Shown here piece after piece: positions 26,101 through 39,427 of a stretch of 64,000 nucleotides of DNA. The translations under genes and the position numbers were made by a program. Position 1 is the stretch's first letter. Each line of letters starts with the position of its first letter. Under the pieces are notes generated by a model. The model was not told where the DNA came from, ran no database searches, and saw only the letters and a program-made list of their open reading frames with translations. The stretch spans positions 310,001 to 374,000 of the forward strand of contig JAYWIR010000027.1 of the NCBI GenBank assembly GCA_036172245.1, in the 5' to 3' direction. Source of the stretch: Raillietiella orientalis. Lineage: Eukaryota.

Positions 26101-27699
26101 ACGCTCCGGGAGAACCGAGAGGAACCGAATTTTCATTTTTTTTTTTCATTCGCTATGCTGGGAACTGCGTCGGAGGCCGTGATATTCGGTAGGTGCATCG
26201 ACATCGCTCCCAGACGATCACACCACGGTGCTCATGCAAGGTCCTGCTAGGAGCCCGGCCGCCTGCCCTCTCTGATCTCCCGTTTCAGCTGGACTCTCCT
26301 TCTCCCTTGGATGTATGATCTCGCCGAAGAACCTCTACCATCTGAGGTGCCTGTTAATCCCCTACGTCCTCCAGAGGATTTTCGCCGTCCCTGTTTGCAC
26401 TCCGTGAAGACTTCCCCAATGCTGATTCGATACTGCTGGTTCCCTTCCCCATGAGGAAAACCGTTGCGAGGTGGATTATGGGATTCTCTGGAACGGATCG
26501 GGCAGTCTCTCTTAGCCAAGGGATTCCGGATTGCAGATATCTTTGCTGCCCTTCTACAAAAAGAAAGAAAGAAAGAAAGAAAAGACCTTCCCAATGACTT
26601 ATTCCTCATCTGGAAATTCACCTTTATCGTATGTTGCCAAAGGCCGATGAAAACAGCCGGACCTCTTTGTGACCTCTTGAAGCGCCACGTCTTTATAGCT
26701 ATGTAAGTGATGAGGATCGAGATTTCGTGGCCGGGGTCGTGGTCGTGTAAGAGCTCACATAAACTTGGATTGCTTGAGATCTGTAAGTTTTAGAATTGCG
26801 AGAATGTCCTTGACCTGTCTTGGAAAATTTGACCTGAGCAGTGGGAGGTCTTCGTCGGCTCCCGATGCTTACGCTGCCTTCAAGAGTCACTCGCTCGCCC
26901 ACAAAAGCGATTCACGTCTTGTAGAAGAGTCCTTTCTTCCTCATCCTCCCGTGTCCCAAGAGAATCTTGTGAGGCAGGCATAGAAGGCAACGGTGAACGG
27001 CCTTGCTGGGCCACGCTCGCTCGCCCGCCCACCCACCCCAGGTGAGCATCAAATTCACTGGAGCTAGGACTCTCTAACTCTTCTGGCTAGGCGCTCAAGG
27101 AATAGGATGGCGCAGAGTTGCGCCGAAGGGATCAGTTTTGGGGCAGGTCCGCAGAATCCGTTCGTCCAATGTGTTCTCCCTCGAACTGATGGCTTCCTCG
27201 GAACATGGAGTAAGCGATCCATAAAAGAATGGACTGCCTTAGGCAACTGGACAGAGGATGCAATGGATACGAGGAAATGGGATTCACGAACGACCGCACC
27301 AGTAGCTGGAAAAGGAAAACCAGGAAAGGAACCGCGCATTGCTGCTCCTGCCGATTTCTAGTTTTCGACTGCTGCAGCGACCCGATGAGGAAACGCAGAC
27401 GGGTTTTTAAGGAAGCTCTCCCTGAAATCGGGAGTGCGGACTCGACGCCAGAGTGTTCTTCAGTCGTCGGGGAGATTCAGTTCTCCGTGTGGTTTACCTT
27501 ACACGATTAGAGCTCGTCCGACTGAACGTGGGACACTTGGACACAAGGAAGAAGAGGAATGCGAAGGAACGGGGTTTGAGGGAAAATTCCCAGGAGGTCT
27601 GCATCGAAGCCTCAGAGCTGGTAAAGGAAGGTCTTCTGTTATTCAGGAACCCCGCGTGCTTTGTGATCAAGAGAGTGTGGCCTGCAGGCAAATGACCTG

Positions 27700-28620
27700 G
27701 TAATTTTTGCCTACTTCTCTCTCCGGTTGCAGTGACGACCTGTCAAGTCGATTAATCTTTGGGCATTCCGCAGCCATGGGCCAGGGTGATTCATGCTTCC
27801 TCGAGCATGCTGATGAGCAGCAAGCACCGGAGAAGAGCGAGGCAGCTCGGGTGTGTAACGGAAACGAGGATTCCCGTTCTGTTCCTGAGAGAAGGAATGT
27901 CCACGTCCAAGAGCTCTGACGCGCTGGGCACGCAGCTATGGGCAACCAGGAATTTTCAGTAGCGGCCTGTCCATGAAATTCTTCTTGAGATACCACCACT
28001 TGAAATCGCATGAGGGGTGATGAGGCTGGCCATGGCAGGGGCGAGCTGTAGCTATTGAGAACCCTAGGGGACCCTATGTTCATCTCCGCATGCAAGAAGC
28101 TGATCCCAGTTCGGAAACAAAGTGTCCTTCCGCCTTCAGCATTCGGATGGAAGAGACGTCCGCCTGCAGGGAGATGCGTGCATTTCCAAGAATACCAAAT
28201 GTCCTGAAGACCGGTTGAAACGACGCAGATTCTTCTACGGCTGTTGACACCACATGAAAAGACGCTGCTTGAAAATTCACCCCCTCAATTGCCCACCTCG
28301 GATCTCAAGAGACTGTCCGAGAGAAGGAACTCGCTGTCTGCACCAAGGAAGCTGCACTCTCTTGGAAGAGCCGGACCGACAAGGGCGTGGTGACCGTGTT
28401 CTTCAGTCCCTTCAGACAGAAAAACAGGAACCGTCAATTTTCAGGGGACTCTTCGAAGGAATGCTTCCCCTTTCCTGCTGACTATCTTTCGAACAGGACC
28501 GCTCAGAAATCCATTCTGAGGAGTTGTCAGGATGTGCCTTCTCTTCCCTTCTTCCCGAAAATTCAGCAACTCTTTCCATAATTCCTGAGGCAAGCCGAGG
28601 ATTCGTACGAACATTCTTGG
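27700..28620 (-). mobile_element. Decayed L1/Tx1-type reverse transcriptase fragment
   Basis: Motifs in RT order across frameshifts: HILTTPQNGFLSG (IxxxQxGFxxG), PLSVRLF (QGxPLSPxLF-like), FRTFGILGNARISLQ (F..SGAxINxxK-like). Confidence 0.5.
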
Positions 28621-31189
28621 TATTTCATGCTTGCAGCTTAATTTTGCTCTTTGTCGACGATGGGGGAAGGGAGGAAGGGAAGAAGGAGACTTCCTGGGGG
28701 ATTCCCAGGAACTCCCCCTTTTGATTTCCAGAGCGTTTTTCTCTTGACGTGCACGAAACATCTCTTTGTAGCAGCCGCCGCGCGATGGCCGCGCTGCACG
28801 CATTGCCAGGCAGCCTCGGGAATGCTGGAGGGACTGAAACTGAAAGCTAAACTGAAAGCGAGCAGAGCTCGTGAAAACTGGTCCTCGAGGGTTGAGCAGC
28901 CAGGGAGAGGTCGGATCGTAAGCCGAGGGCTAGCGATGCCGCCGGCGGTCCGCTCGAAACAGCGAAGTTTGCGTCGTTCTGCTGTCGGTTCCTTCTGCGC
29001 GCTCCCCTGCTTACGGTTGCAGAGGCTGCTGCTCTTCTTTCCCCACCGAGTGGAGTCGGAGGTACCGAGATTTCTTTTCCACCGCGAATCTCGCGCGACT
29101 CTGCAGGCTTCCGGGAGAACGCTGCTGATCTTGCGTCCGGGCAACCGCTTCAGTCTGTCCATCCGTCACGTGTGCTCTGTCTTCATTCCTTCCCTGCCTG
29201 GACCTCTCATCCACCTCCAACGACGGTTTCCCGCCGTAGATCGTTCTGTAAGCACTTCGGCTCGATTCGGCTCGTTTTGTACTGATCAAGAGTGCATCGG
29301 GTATGTACACATCAGTGTAGGTGACTTCCATCGGAGCATGTGAAGAATATCCTAATTCTGCCTGGTGGCTAACGTTTTGAAAATGTCATGGAGCGGTGCT
29401 TCCAGGCTCACGATTTTGCGGTTCAAAGAATCGAGAGACACGTCAGTTAGGGAATTCCCTAACCGGTTTGCTTAACCCACAAATTTACCGAGTCGAGTGG
29501 CGCTCTTCAGCCATCTTCTGCACGTGTTGCGTTCTGAGTTTTCTTATCGTTTCATCGTACATCAGGGTGTAAACACGCACATGGCGGCGAAAGGCAAAGC
29601 CGTGGATCACGGAAATTAAAACATGAGCTCATCTCGGGTGCCGCCTGAGAGTCTGGTCCTTTTCTTCTCAATAGAGAAGCGTGTCTACCAGAAAGCTCAC
29701 GCTATCCGTTCCGTTTTCTTGGTTGCCGGCAAACTGTGGCGAGACCAATATTCCCTCTCCTCGAGATCTTTCCGCGAACCGGCACCTCGGACAACTTGAA
29801 CAGCTCTCTGTAAACTTTCGCGATGATGAGATTTGGCGGCAAAGATGATTAAATCAAATCAACCTTAGCATCTCCGTTCTCTCCTCACCTTCGCCAACAT
29901 AAACAGTGGCCTTTTTTTTTTCTCTCCCTTTTCGTGAAAGAAGCATCGCCCGGTCACAATTAGAATAAAATTCTACAGCAAGTACACAGAAAGTGGATGA
30001 CGTGCTTTCCAAAACAGAGGGGGGGGGGGAAAAAAAAACATAAAATCGCACTCACAACGAGCCGCCGCCGCGGAACGAGCCGAAATGCGAAACCTGGAGA
30101 AGTCACGAACTCCTGCGTCCCACTCGATACCAGTCGCACTAATTTCCTGGTCTGTTTTCATTTCTGACTCCGCGTAAGCTAACACAATGATGGAAAAATA
30201 ATTGAAAAAGTCTCTCTCGTGATCCCGCGCGAACGGGAAAAAACCGGGGTTGCCAGTCGCAGTGGGAAAAAAAAAAAAAAACGCATACGTGGTGACTCGG
30301 ATTCATCGTTTTTAATTGTCGCACGCTGGGTTACCAAAGTTGTTTCCTCGGTACGTGAGAATAGCGGAAATTACACGCTACTCGTATGTAATTGTAGAAA
30401 TTCGGAATCAGCAGGATGACTTGACAACAAATTCCAGCAATCCTATTAAACCGAGCCAGCACTGATGGCCGGGGTCATTTTGAGGCAGCTTGTCGTGATG
30501 TGAATTATCGACCCATCGGCACGAGGACCAAACTAAATATAGACGCTCGCTAACCCACGGTGAGCCTACGGTTGGCCCCTTTATCGACCCGCCGACACGC
30601 AGGCTGCGTATACGCAGGTCTCTCTCCCTGGCCAACGCCTGGTCTGCCGTACGTCGTCGACGTGCCGCAGCCTCCTCACTTTGGCATCCGCCAGCGCGCC
30701 TGTGCGCCAGTGTCTGGCGTTTCCCCCGTTCGCTTCGTCTCGTGAGAGAGCCTTTCCAGGAGCCGGCCTTTACGATTCTCATTGATCCCTGCTGGCGTTG
30801 CCCGTCCTCTTTGCCGAAACAGGAGCAGCGAAGGGTCTTCTTCCCCTTGCATTTGTTCAGCCTGAAGGGAGTTGCTGAGAGTTCCCTCTTCACGGATCCT
30901 CACTTGGGCACCTTCGGTTGCCTCCTGGGTACGAACGTGGGAGGGACAAGCCGTTTCGACGGATTGTGTAGGTGACGTCAGAGAGGCTCCATCGCTCGCA
31001 GACGTCTGGCACGGCTGCAGAGAGGGGAAAAAAATCCCCGGGCTGGGAGACCCCCGCGGCGATCTGTGAACTAAGAAACTGATCGGAGGTCTCTAAAATC
31101 CAAAATGGACGAGGTGCACCCGAGGTCTCCTTTTTTACTTGACTCGTGCACCGATGCGTTTAGTGATTGTCACCCGGGTGCACCGAAGA

Positions 31190-33520
31190 GTTTTATCTCA
31201 TATATGAAAGACAAACAATCGCAATCTTTGTGGCTGGATCGGTGGTCCAACCACGTGCGATTTAACGGGAGCCTGCTGGGTTACCGGTACGGCAGTCCAG
31301 TGAGTTCCGCCACGGCATCAGAGAGGAAGGGACAAACAAAAAGGAGAAAAAAAAGTAAATAAACAAGTTTGGGGGTGCGGAAAGGAACCACGTTCTTCTG
31401 GAGGTGGTCCTCTGCATCCTCTGCAGGATGCCGCCAAGCTATTGCTGTATATAGTGCTTCTGGTGTGGCCATGTCTCGTTGCCATCCTCATGAAGCAGAC
31501 GGCAAAGTGGATGTGGCACCCCTCTCGCTGTGCCCTCCTCTTGAGTCGTTCAAGCAGCTACAATTCCGCGTAGCACAGGGCTGCTAGCGAGGCTGCCTTT
31601 CTAAGGGAGTCGTGAACAAGGAGGGTTTTCAGAGCGTCCCTGGAGTTGCCACCAGGGGCTCCTAAGGTCGCAGCAAAGAGTTCCCAGAGGGGCCGGAGGG
31701 CAACACAATCCACAAGCTGGCGCGGGAGGGACTCACGCTCTTCTCACCTGGCACAATGCGGGTCCTCCTCCCCACCGTGTCCAGTGATGCCTGCAGGCGT
31801 TGCACGGAGGTCCCAGTGCAACAGCATCAGCGGGGACTCCTGCCACTTTGATTGAAGGGTGTGTCTATCCAGAAGCAGTGGAAGTTGCTGCAGGTCTTCC
31901 TCCGGAATACCAGTAGCTCGCCCCAACGCAGAAGTCCACGAGGCGAGACACTCGGGGTCAGAGCTCCCGTAAACTGATCCATCTTCCACTCGTCCAGTCC
32001 TTTTCTCCTTCCGGAGATGTTCACACTAATCTCCCATCTAGCTACAAGACTGCTGCCCATGTGTTCCCTCAGGGAGAGGAGCGCTGTGGCAAGGGAAGTT
32101 CCTTCCTGCACACTCACTCTTCAGTGGGTGTTCCAGGATCTCCCCAAGCGAGCAGTTGTCGTGAAAAAAAAATTCAGCAAACCCTGAACCTGTTCCGGTC
32201 ATGGCTCGTTGTGCTGCGCCCACGTGTAAACGGTTTCCCGCAACCAGGCACTACCGTTCGCGGGAGGGCACGAGATCCAGCTGTTGGTCTGATAGCCACC
32301 CGCCCAAGCTGCAGCCCTTCCTTGCGCCTCGCGCAAGGAAGGGATGATGGAAATCCTTTTGGGTTCGCTATTTTTTGCCTTCCAGCATTTTTTTTCCAGT
32401 TTTTTCAGGGTTTTTTGGTTCGCTAAGTACCTCAAGAGCTGGTCGCGTGCCTCGCGACGCACGTGGCTCTTTAACACTGTTCCACGCCACCTGCGGAGGG
32501 TGCGTGTTCTTCAAGATAAGGGGGCACCCGGAAGGGGTCCTCCCTATGAATCCAGGAAGTCTCGGAGTCCATTCCTCTCACGCTTGGAGAAGGATCTCCC
32601 CGGAGGAAGGGATTGCACCTTCCACCTTGGTTGTCTCCGAAGGGGAACCCCGAAGGGAATCTCCTTTCCTCATTCTCCCCGGAGGGACACCCCTCTAATG
32701 GGGGTGGTCCTCTTCATTTCATCTTCTCCGAAGGAAACCTGGAAAGGATCCGCTAGTAGGAATTTCTTCTCCGGAGGGAACCCTCAAGGGAACCGCTCCT
32801 CTTCACTCCTCTGAAGAGAACCCCGAAGGGACGCTTCCGAAACTCAGAAGGGACGCTGTAGCCTCCCGCAGGGGAATCGCTCTCGCTTGCTTCCTTGCAT
32901 TCTCTGGAGAGGCGCAGACTAGGAGAGCCCCCCCAGCAACAGGAGGGGGTCTGCTCCTTTAAACAACTGGAGAGGTGCCTGTGAAGGCACCTCCTCAATC
33001 TTGAAACCGGAGGGGTCCTCCCGGTGAGGGAGATCCGCTCTCCGTTGCACGACCGGAGAGCGAACTCCCCACTCCTTGATTCCTGGGAGGACCCGAAGGT
33101 TGACTCCGGCTTAAACCACTACCGGTGCCACGCCCGAATGTCTCGGCCAGCCAGCGCCATTGTAGGAGAAACTCGGAACCCAACGATGCAATGGCGTCAG
33201 TTTCTGCCGGAGTATTCGAACCAGCGACGCATGGTGCCACGCGCGGGAAGCCTTAACCACAAAGCCTCCGACGCGAGCCCCGCGCTGCCGGTGGCTTGCT
33301 AGATAAGGAGGAGTGCAGGGACACACCAGGTGGTGCTCCACAACTTCGCCGCAAGGGCAAGTATCCGGAACGGGAACTGAAGCCACAGTCGCTCCAGAGT
33401 CAGGAGGCCGAGACCGCCTTCCCGACGCGGAGTGTACAAGTCCTTCAGTCGGACTCGAGACCTCCCCCTTGGGTTTAGCGAGGTCCCTTGTTTGGTGAAC
33501 GTGGTGGTTTGGTGGTCCAT
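31190..33520 (-). mobile_element. L1/Tx1-clade LINE remnant related to the 19480-20960 element (rearranged or nested)
   Basis: RVRLKDLYTPRREGGLGL (post-RT GGLG motif). GIPEEDL...LLHWDL...DPHCARCE...LVDC and RHPAEDAEDHLQKNVVP align with GIPQEDL...LHWGL...DCCRCG...LVDC and RHPGKDAEDALQRTVIP of the other copy. Confidence 0.65.
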
Positions 33521-36500
33521 CCCTCGAGTTCTTCTACCTATGGCAAGGTGACCAAAAACTCGACATCACCTGACCCAAGAGAACGAAGAGGAACACTTGT
33601 AGGCGAAGAGACTCCTAGAGGAAGAGGAATGGTAGGCAGCAGGATGCTCATATCTTCCTCCTTTCCGATGAGGCCAAAGAAAGGGAACAGGATGGTGGGC
33701 ACCTCTCAGTGCCTGTTGGCTGCTTGCCACCCGAGACCGACGGTCTCGCCCCTCATCTGCACCATCTTTCTCTCTACCCTCAGGCCAGCTCTTACTCTTC
33801 CGATCTTCACAGTCCGCGATTCTCATAGGTCATCCTCCCAGGAGATCAGCCGGTATCTGGGAGGCCTTGTTTCGAAGCTGCGATTGTTCCTCCACTCATC
33901 ACGCTTATCAGTGCTCAAAATCCTTGATCATCCACTTTCAACAAGCGGAGAATCCTTATCCACTTGAGGGATCCTCCTTGTTTCCAGGGAACAAGGGCCC
34001 ATATGAGACGCCAACAGGCTTGGCTTGATGGCAGCGTGTGGTGAGATAGGACAAGGCTGGCATGCTTCATGCTGATGCAAGCTGCCACCTACGCCTCTGA
34101 TCCACAAGTGGGGAAGAGGTCAAGGGCCTCCTATGACAGATCCCCCATTCTCTCACTCGCGGACACGAATACCGCGCTCCCAGCTGCCAGCATGCGAGAG
34201 ACACCATGATCCGTGTCCAAGTGGACAAGCAGAGGAGGAGCAAAGTCATGACGTAAGTCATCTCAAACCTTCAACCTCTTCCCTCTAATTTGACCCCACT
34301 TGGCATCTATGCAAACCGCGTAGACTTAGGTACGGATGGTGCAGGTTCTCGTTTTAGATCGATCTACTATACAGGCGTGCGCGTCTCCCACGGCTGGAGA
34401 TACTAACAGTCCACTCAGGCAGTCCTAAACCCGACGTCCTCAACGTATCCCAGCATGGTGATGCATATTGCGATTTCGGCAGATCACCATGGGTCGCGAC
34501 AACGCGAAGCTGTTTGGGAATTGCTTGACGAAACGGTTCCGGCGGTGGAACCAGGAGGACGGGATTATTTGACCTTGCACCAAAGGGGAGGGATTTCCTT
34601 CCATCAGAAGGGAAGAGGAAGGGAGAAGGACAATGAGGAGGAGGAGGAAGTAAAAGAGGATTCTTTCCATCTGAAGGCCTACTCGCACACGATTTTTAAG
34701 CTCGATTTACTCTACGACCACTCATGAGAGAAGAGGCAACCCCCTCTGTGATGCTTTCGTATCCACTCCTTTCATCTTATTCGCGGCTGGTTTTACCATA
34801 TCGTACGCCGTTGGAAAGGCAGTTGCGGATCCTTTCGAGTGAGGGAGCAATGCCTTCCTGCCATTCTCTCGAGGAGTCCGCTCACAGGCAGCTTTCCTCC
34901 TCCCTACGTAAATTTTCGCCTTCCTCGTTCCCCGTCGGATTCCCCGTCTGGAGCCAATAATTGAGGCCATAATGTATCGTCGTCTCGCATCCGGCAAACG
35001 ACACCAGGATAGGAGGCTGAGGACGTCATATCCCAATCGAAGGGACCGACGACTCACCTCCGTTTGCGAGCGCGTCCGCATTTGATCCTCATGCTGACTG
35101 ATCCACAATTCGTGCCACGACGGCGAGCTCTCACCAGTGATTTGAATTACCCATGTCAGCTTCGTTTAGTAGAATTGCGGGAACTGGTTGTCAAGGCATT
35201 TCATTGATCCAGGCTTCCTTCGGCTACGTGTGAGAGTAACTTGAGTCATCCTTGCATACCGAGAGAAAAATTCTCTCGCCTGATTCATCACTGCTTTTTT
35301 TTTTTTTTTAATGCGATTTCGTGAGCACCTATAACACGGAGAACCAACGGCTTCATTTTCAATCCAAAGGCACAGCTGGTATCCATCGAGAAATATCAGA
35401 AAAACGCCATCTCACTATGATGCTGGGCGGTTGCGCCATCCCAACACCGCGGAACCAGTGCCACCACCCCACTGCCTCGAAGTACGGTGCGCACCCTGAA
35501 AGTTCCTTCCACGGGCGTAGGAGATGTCGATGGAAGCCACGAGGTCCTGACCACCTGGCTTCCCTAGATCCAGCATGAAGCTGGCACGTGGGCATCCGAA
35601 TGTCCCGGCCATGAGGGGCTTAAGAACACCCCGGACTCCCGTCTTTCCTGAGGTAAGAGTCAGCCTCCCTGACAACAGGCTTGGCTGCATCTCGTAGCAC
35701 CTCCATTCCAATCGAACACCAAGGAAACAACGAAGGCCTTCCACTTTGGAAGGATCGAACACTTTGGGGCCAGTTTTGTTCTCGTGATAGCTGCCCCCCG
35801 CCAACCACGATGAGACGCAGTAGGAGGTGACATCTCACATCAAGTGAATGGGGACCGCTCGTCGGCCACTTTTTTTTTTTTTTCCGGTGATTTTCCGAGG
35901 TGCTCGGAGGAGACTGCGGACTTGGAGGTTATCGGGCCGAGTTACCTGACTGCATCTCGGTGCATCCATCCAAGAGCATGGTGAGGGAGGAGGAGACTCG
36001 AGCATGAGGAGAGTTTCCAGGGTCTCGACGAGACAAGGCGCATGTCCTGAGGGAGAACAGCGTAAAAAAAGGAAAAGATCCGCTTCGATCTTTCTTTGTT
36101 CGTAGAACCGTTGATTTTTTTTTTTGTTGTTGTTCCTGGTTCAGATTCGGCTCGCCGTCATCTCTTAGCAGAATTCGTAGCAGGTCGTCTGCCTCTTCGC
36201 CTTCCTTTTTCTTCTTCTTTCCAAATTGGCAGCCCTCACACGCCTTGCATGCTACGAGCAGCACCAACGGTCCTCCCCTGTCCTGCTTACCGGATTATGG
36301 AATTCCGGCCCTGATTGCTCTTGCTGATGGTGTCTCATCAGCTCGCTGCCGGAGCGGATGCTGACTCTTCGCTGTATTTCTCCAAAGCTGCACCCATCCT
36401 TCCCGTCACGCATTTCCTCTCTTGCATTGGAGGCTTTTGGATTGCACTTTCACTCCTCCCTATCTTTTCCATCTTCTCGCCCAACCTTTGGATTCGATCC

Positions 36501-38399
36501 CACCCATCCCTTCAGTACTTACTACGTTCACTACATGTTCCCGAGATAATCTTCATGATTTCCGACCAGCAGACGAGACTTCAGTTTGCCCCACTCCTGC
36601 TGGAAGACGTGTGGACGGATGTTCCTCTTCTCCCGTCCACGAATCGGAGGCGTAGGTGGAAGTTTGCACTTATCAAGTAGCACGTTAGTCCTCGCTTCCA
36701 TACTATCCAATTACTCGTCGCCCTCTCCCTGTTATGGTGCTGCTCTTCATTTGATTTTTTGATTCTTTCTGCTTTTTAATATCGGAAGTTCGTGCTCGTC
36801 GGGGAATGGAGTATCCCCCTCACTTCTTCTCCCCCTTATGTTGCCGTGGAAACGCTTCTCCCTGTCCCTGAAGAACGAACTCGAAGCAATCACACGCTCG
36901 AAACGCATAAACGTGGAGTGCTGGAGGAGGACCCAAGCCACTCACGCAACGTGACGTCACCTTCCTCAACCATCAGGCAGTGCTTCGAGTTGTGATTGCC
37001 CTGAACGGGATTTCGAAAGTGTGCGTTCCCAAAGAAAAACCACACTTCCGTGAGGTTAGAGGTTGCCAGCTTCTTGGAAAACTGGATTGCCGACTTCAGT
37101 GGATAAGAGGTGGGGACACCAGACCAGCATGATGGCACCACGGCAATCAATTATTGAGGTGTCCTGAAGTGAGCAGCACCGAACGATGCCCAGGACACTG
37201 CTGCGACATTATTTTGCAATGTCTCACTGAGACATCTGCTCTTTGTTCCAGATGCAACGGATTCGGGAGTCAGTCCACATCCTGCCCCGTGCTTAGAACT
37301 TTTCACCACTACACCAGCATCTTGGATCTCATAGACGTCGCAGAGCCCACGGGCATTCTTGGCGGCTGAGGAAATCCGAATGACTCCATGTTCGTTCTCT
37401 TGGGTCTCTAGTGGAGAGGGTCTCAGAAAAGGAATCTTTTGGCCTGCTCATTGGTTTGCTCCATTTCACCGCTTATGGTGTCTTCTGTCTGCCTTCCTTC
37501 ACACAGGCAGAGTGTCACCACAACCGTTTGTCTGTATGGTGATCTTTTCACCAAGCTCATCCTGATGTCGTCTCAGACTCCATCCATCCAAGTCCCCGTG
37601 AATGCGGACCAAGCACCAACATCGACTCCTCCATCGCAACCTCCCCACTGTTTTGAAGTGCCAGTTCTGCTAAGAAAAAGTCTTAAAGTCTCTTTTGCCT
37701 TGTTGCTCGTGGTGATGATTTCGTTTCTAGGTTTTCCTGTAATGAGCTTGGTGCTCTACCACATAATGTGGAAGAATCGCGGCGGTCAATTGAATCTCAC
37801 AGGGGTCAGTCGAACGGTCAAGTCCGAGACTCGGACGGGATTCGCCGTCGCCGGCGTCAGGAAAACCCTTGGCTGAGACTGGACGGACTCTGGATTGCTC
37901 GAGGGGCACGTCTGCCGGAGGAAATGCATTGTCGCTCCTCTCCTCCTGAGCTGTTTCTTTCCTCACAACGAGATGTCGCGAAGTCAATGCACGAAACTGA
38001 GGAGCGCTGACTCTTCTCCCACGGTCATTACATGACCCGGAAGAAAGGGAAGGGAGGAAAGACTTGCACCAGCAGTCCCGTGACTAGCAGTTCCAAGCGT
38101 TACTTGTGAGTAACACATAAAACGACTGGATGTGCAGGATTATGGCTCGTTGTGTAAGGAGGAGGAGGAAGAGTAATGCACCTTCACCTGCTCTCTCTCA
38201 AACGTGACATCACCTTAGTGCTCTAAATTGCTCGACGTCCAATCTGAGTGGCTCAAACGCGACTAGGTTGACACACCCTGCAGCAAGTCAGGATAAGGTG
38301 TTTCGTACACCATGCGTTCACGGTGTGAGACGCGAGTCTGGCTCCCACGCTTCACTCCTTGAAAGTGAACTCTCTGGTCTCGTTGAGTGACAGCGATCT

Positions 38400-39066
38400 T
38401 CCAGAGAATCTCGGATAGACGGAAGGAGATCACCGCTGTTGTATCTGCAGTACGAGTTCAAGGAGATACGACCCGAGGTGTCCTCTCTTTGAGGTGAGCG
38501 CCAGATTTATGCGGGATGCTCTTGCACCACAAAGATCGGATCGATGGGAAAATAATCCAAGATGATGACAAGGTTCCTTGCTGGAAGCATCTTGTTCAGA
38601 CACACGGGCGCAGACTGCTTAATTTTCCTGTCGCGAATCGTCATTCGTGGCAAGCAAACCAGTGGATCTCGAACGCCGTGCAGCAAGTCATATGAAATGC
38701 ATCATAAATAGAATGCGGGGACAAAATGCGGTCGTAAAAAGAACGCAAAGTTATGCGAACCATTTCGGTCCAGAAATTCGATCTCAGGAACAGAACGTTC
38801 ACCAGGATGGAGTATTCCATCGACATTCCAAAGGCGGGAATTCCTGTGGAAGAAGGGACGTTGTACTGACAGTGCATTTTCCGTGGACTGCCAAGTGCAC
38901 TTCGATGTAGGGTCGTAAAACATCCTCGTAAGATCACTAATGTCACTAAGACATCACTTTTAAATCCCCTCTCCCTCCTTGAAGTCGTTGCTACTGTTTC
39001 TTTCCATCTAACTGCCAGTTGCGGAAAATGAATAAAGTGCTGAACTTTGCCTTCCAGAGATCTCAT
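38400..39066 (-). mobile_element. Possible highly decayed mariner transposase remnant
   Basis: FYDPTSK..QSTE and WNVDGILH...IEFLDRNG resemble YDPETKxQSxEW and WDxxGxLxxDFLxxG. Confidence 0.3.
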
Positions 39067-39427
39067 CTAAATAGGTTGTTTCCACCAATCCCGTAAACAA
39101 ATGAGGCTACCTGATATCGAATTCCGAGGGTTCAGAATTTCAGAACTTTTGGATGTGATCATCACCTCTCAAAGTTCCCGTCAGCACTTTTGTAAGAACC
39201 ACTTCCTTAAAAGGATAAAGATAATCGGTAATTCCACATCGTTGATGAAGCTGTTTGCCATCACCGCTGCTAGCAGTTGCTAGGAATCAATAGCGTACTT
39301 GGATTTTTTTCATATCTTCATATATGAAAAAAGCGCTATCAAGGTGATGGCAGCTTTTCACATCTTTAACTAGAAACTTCCTTACATGCGTGAGATGTCC
39401 GATCGATTTCATTTCCGGAAGAACAGA

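Noticed and set aside
28638..29343. 230-aa and 174-aa opposing ORFs
   Set aside because: No motifs; composition looks like non-coding GC-rich DNA.
34100..37400. Possible LINE EN/ORF1 remnants (PMVICRN, CSRCNGFGSQSTSC)
   Set aside because: Single weak motifs on different strands; boundaries cannot be supported.
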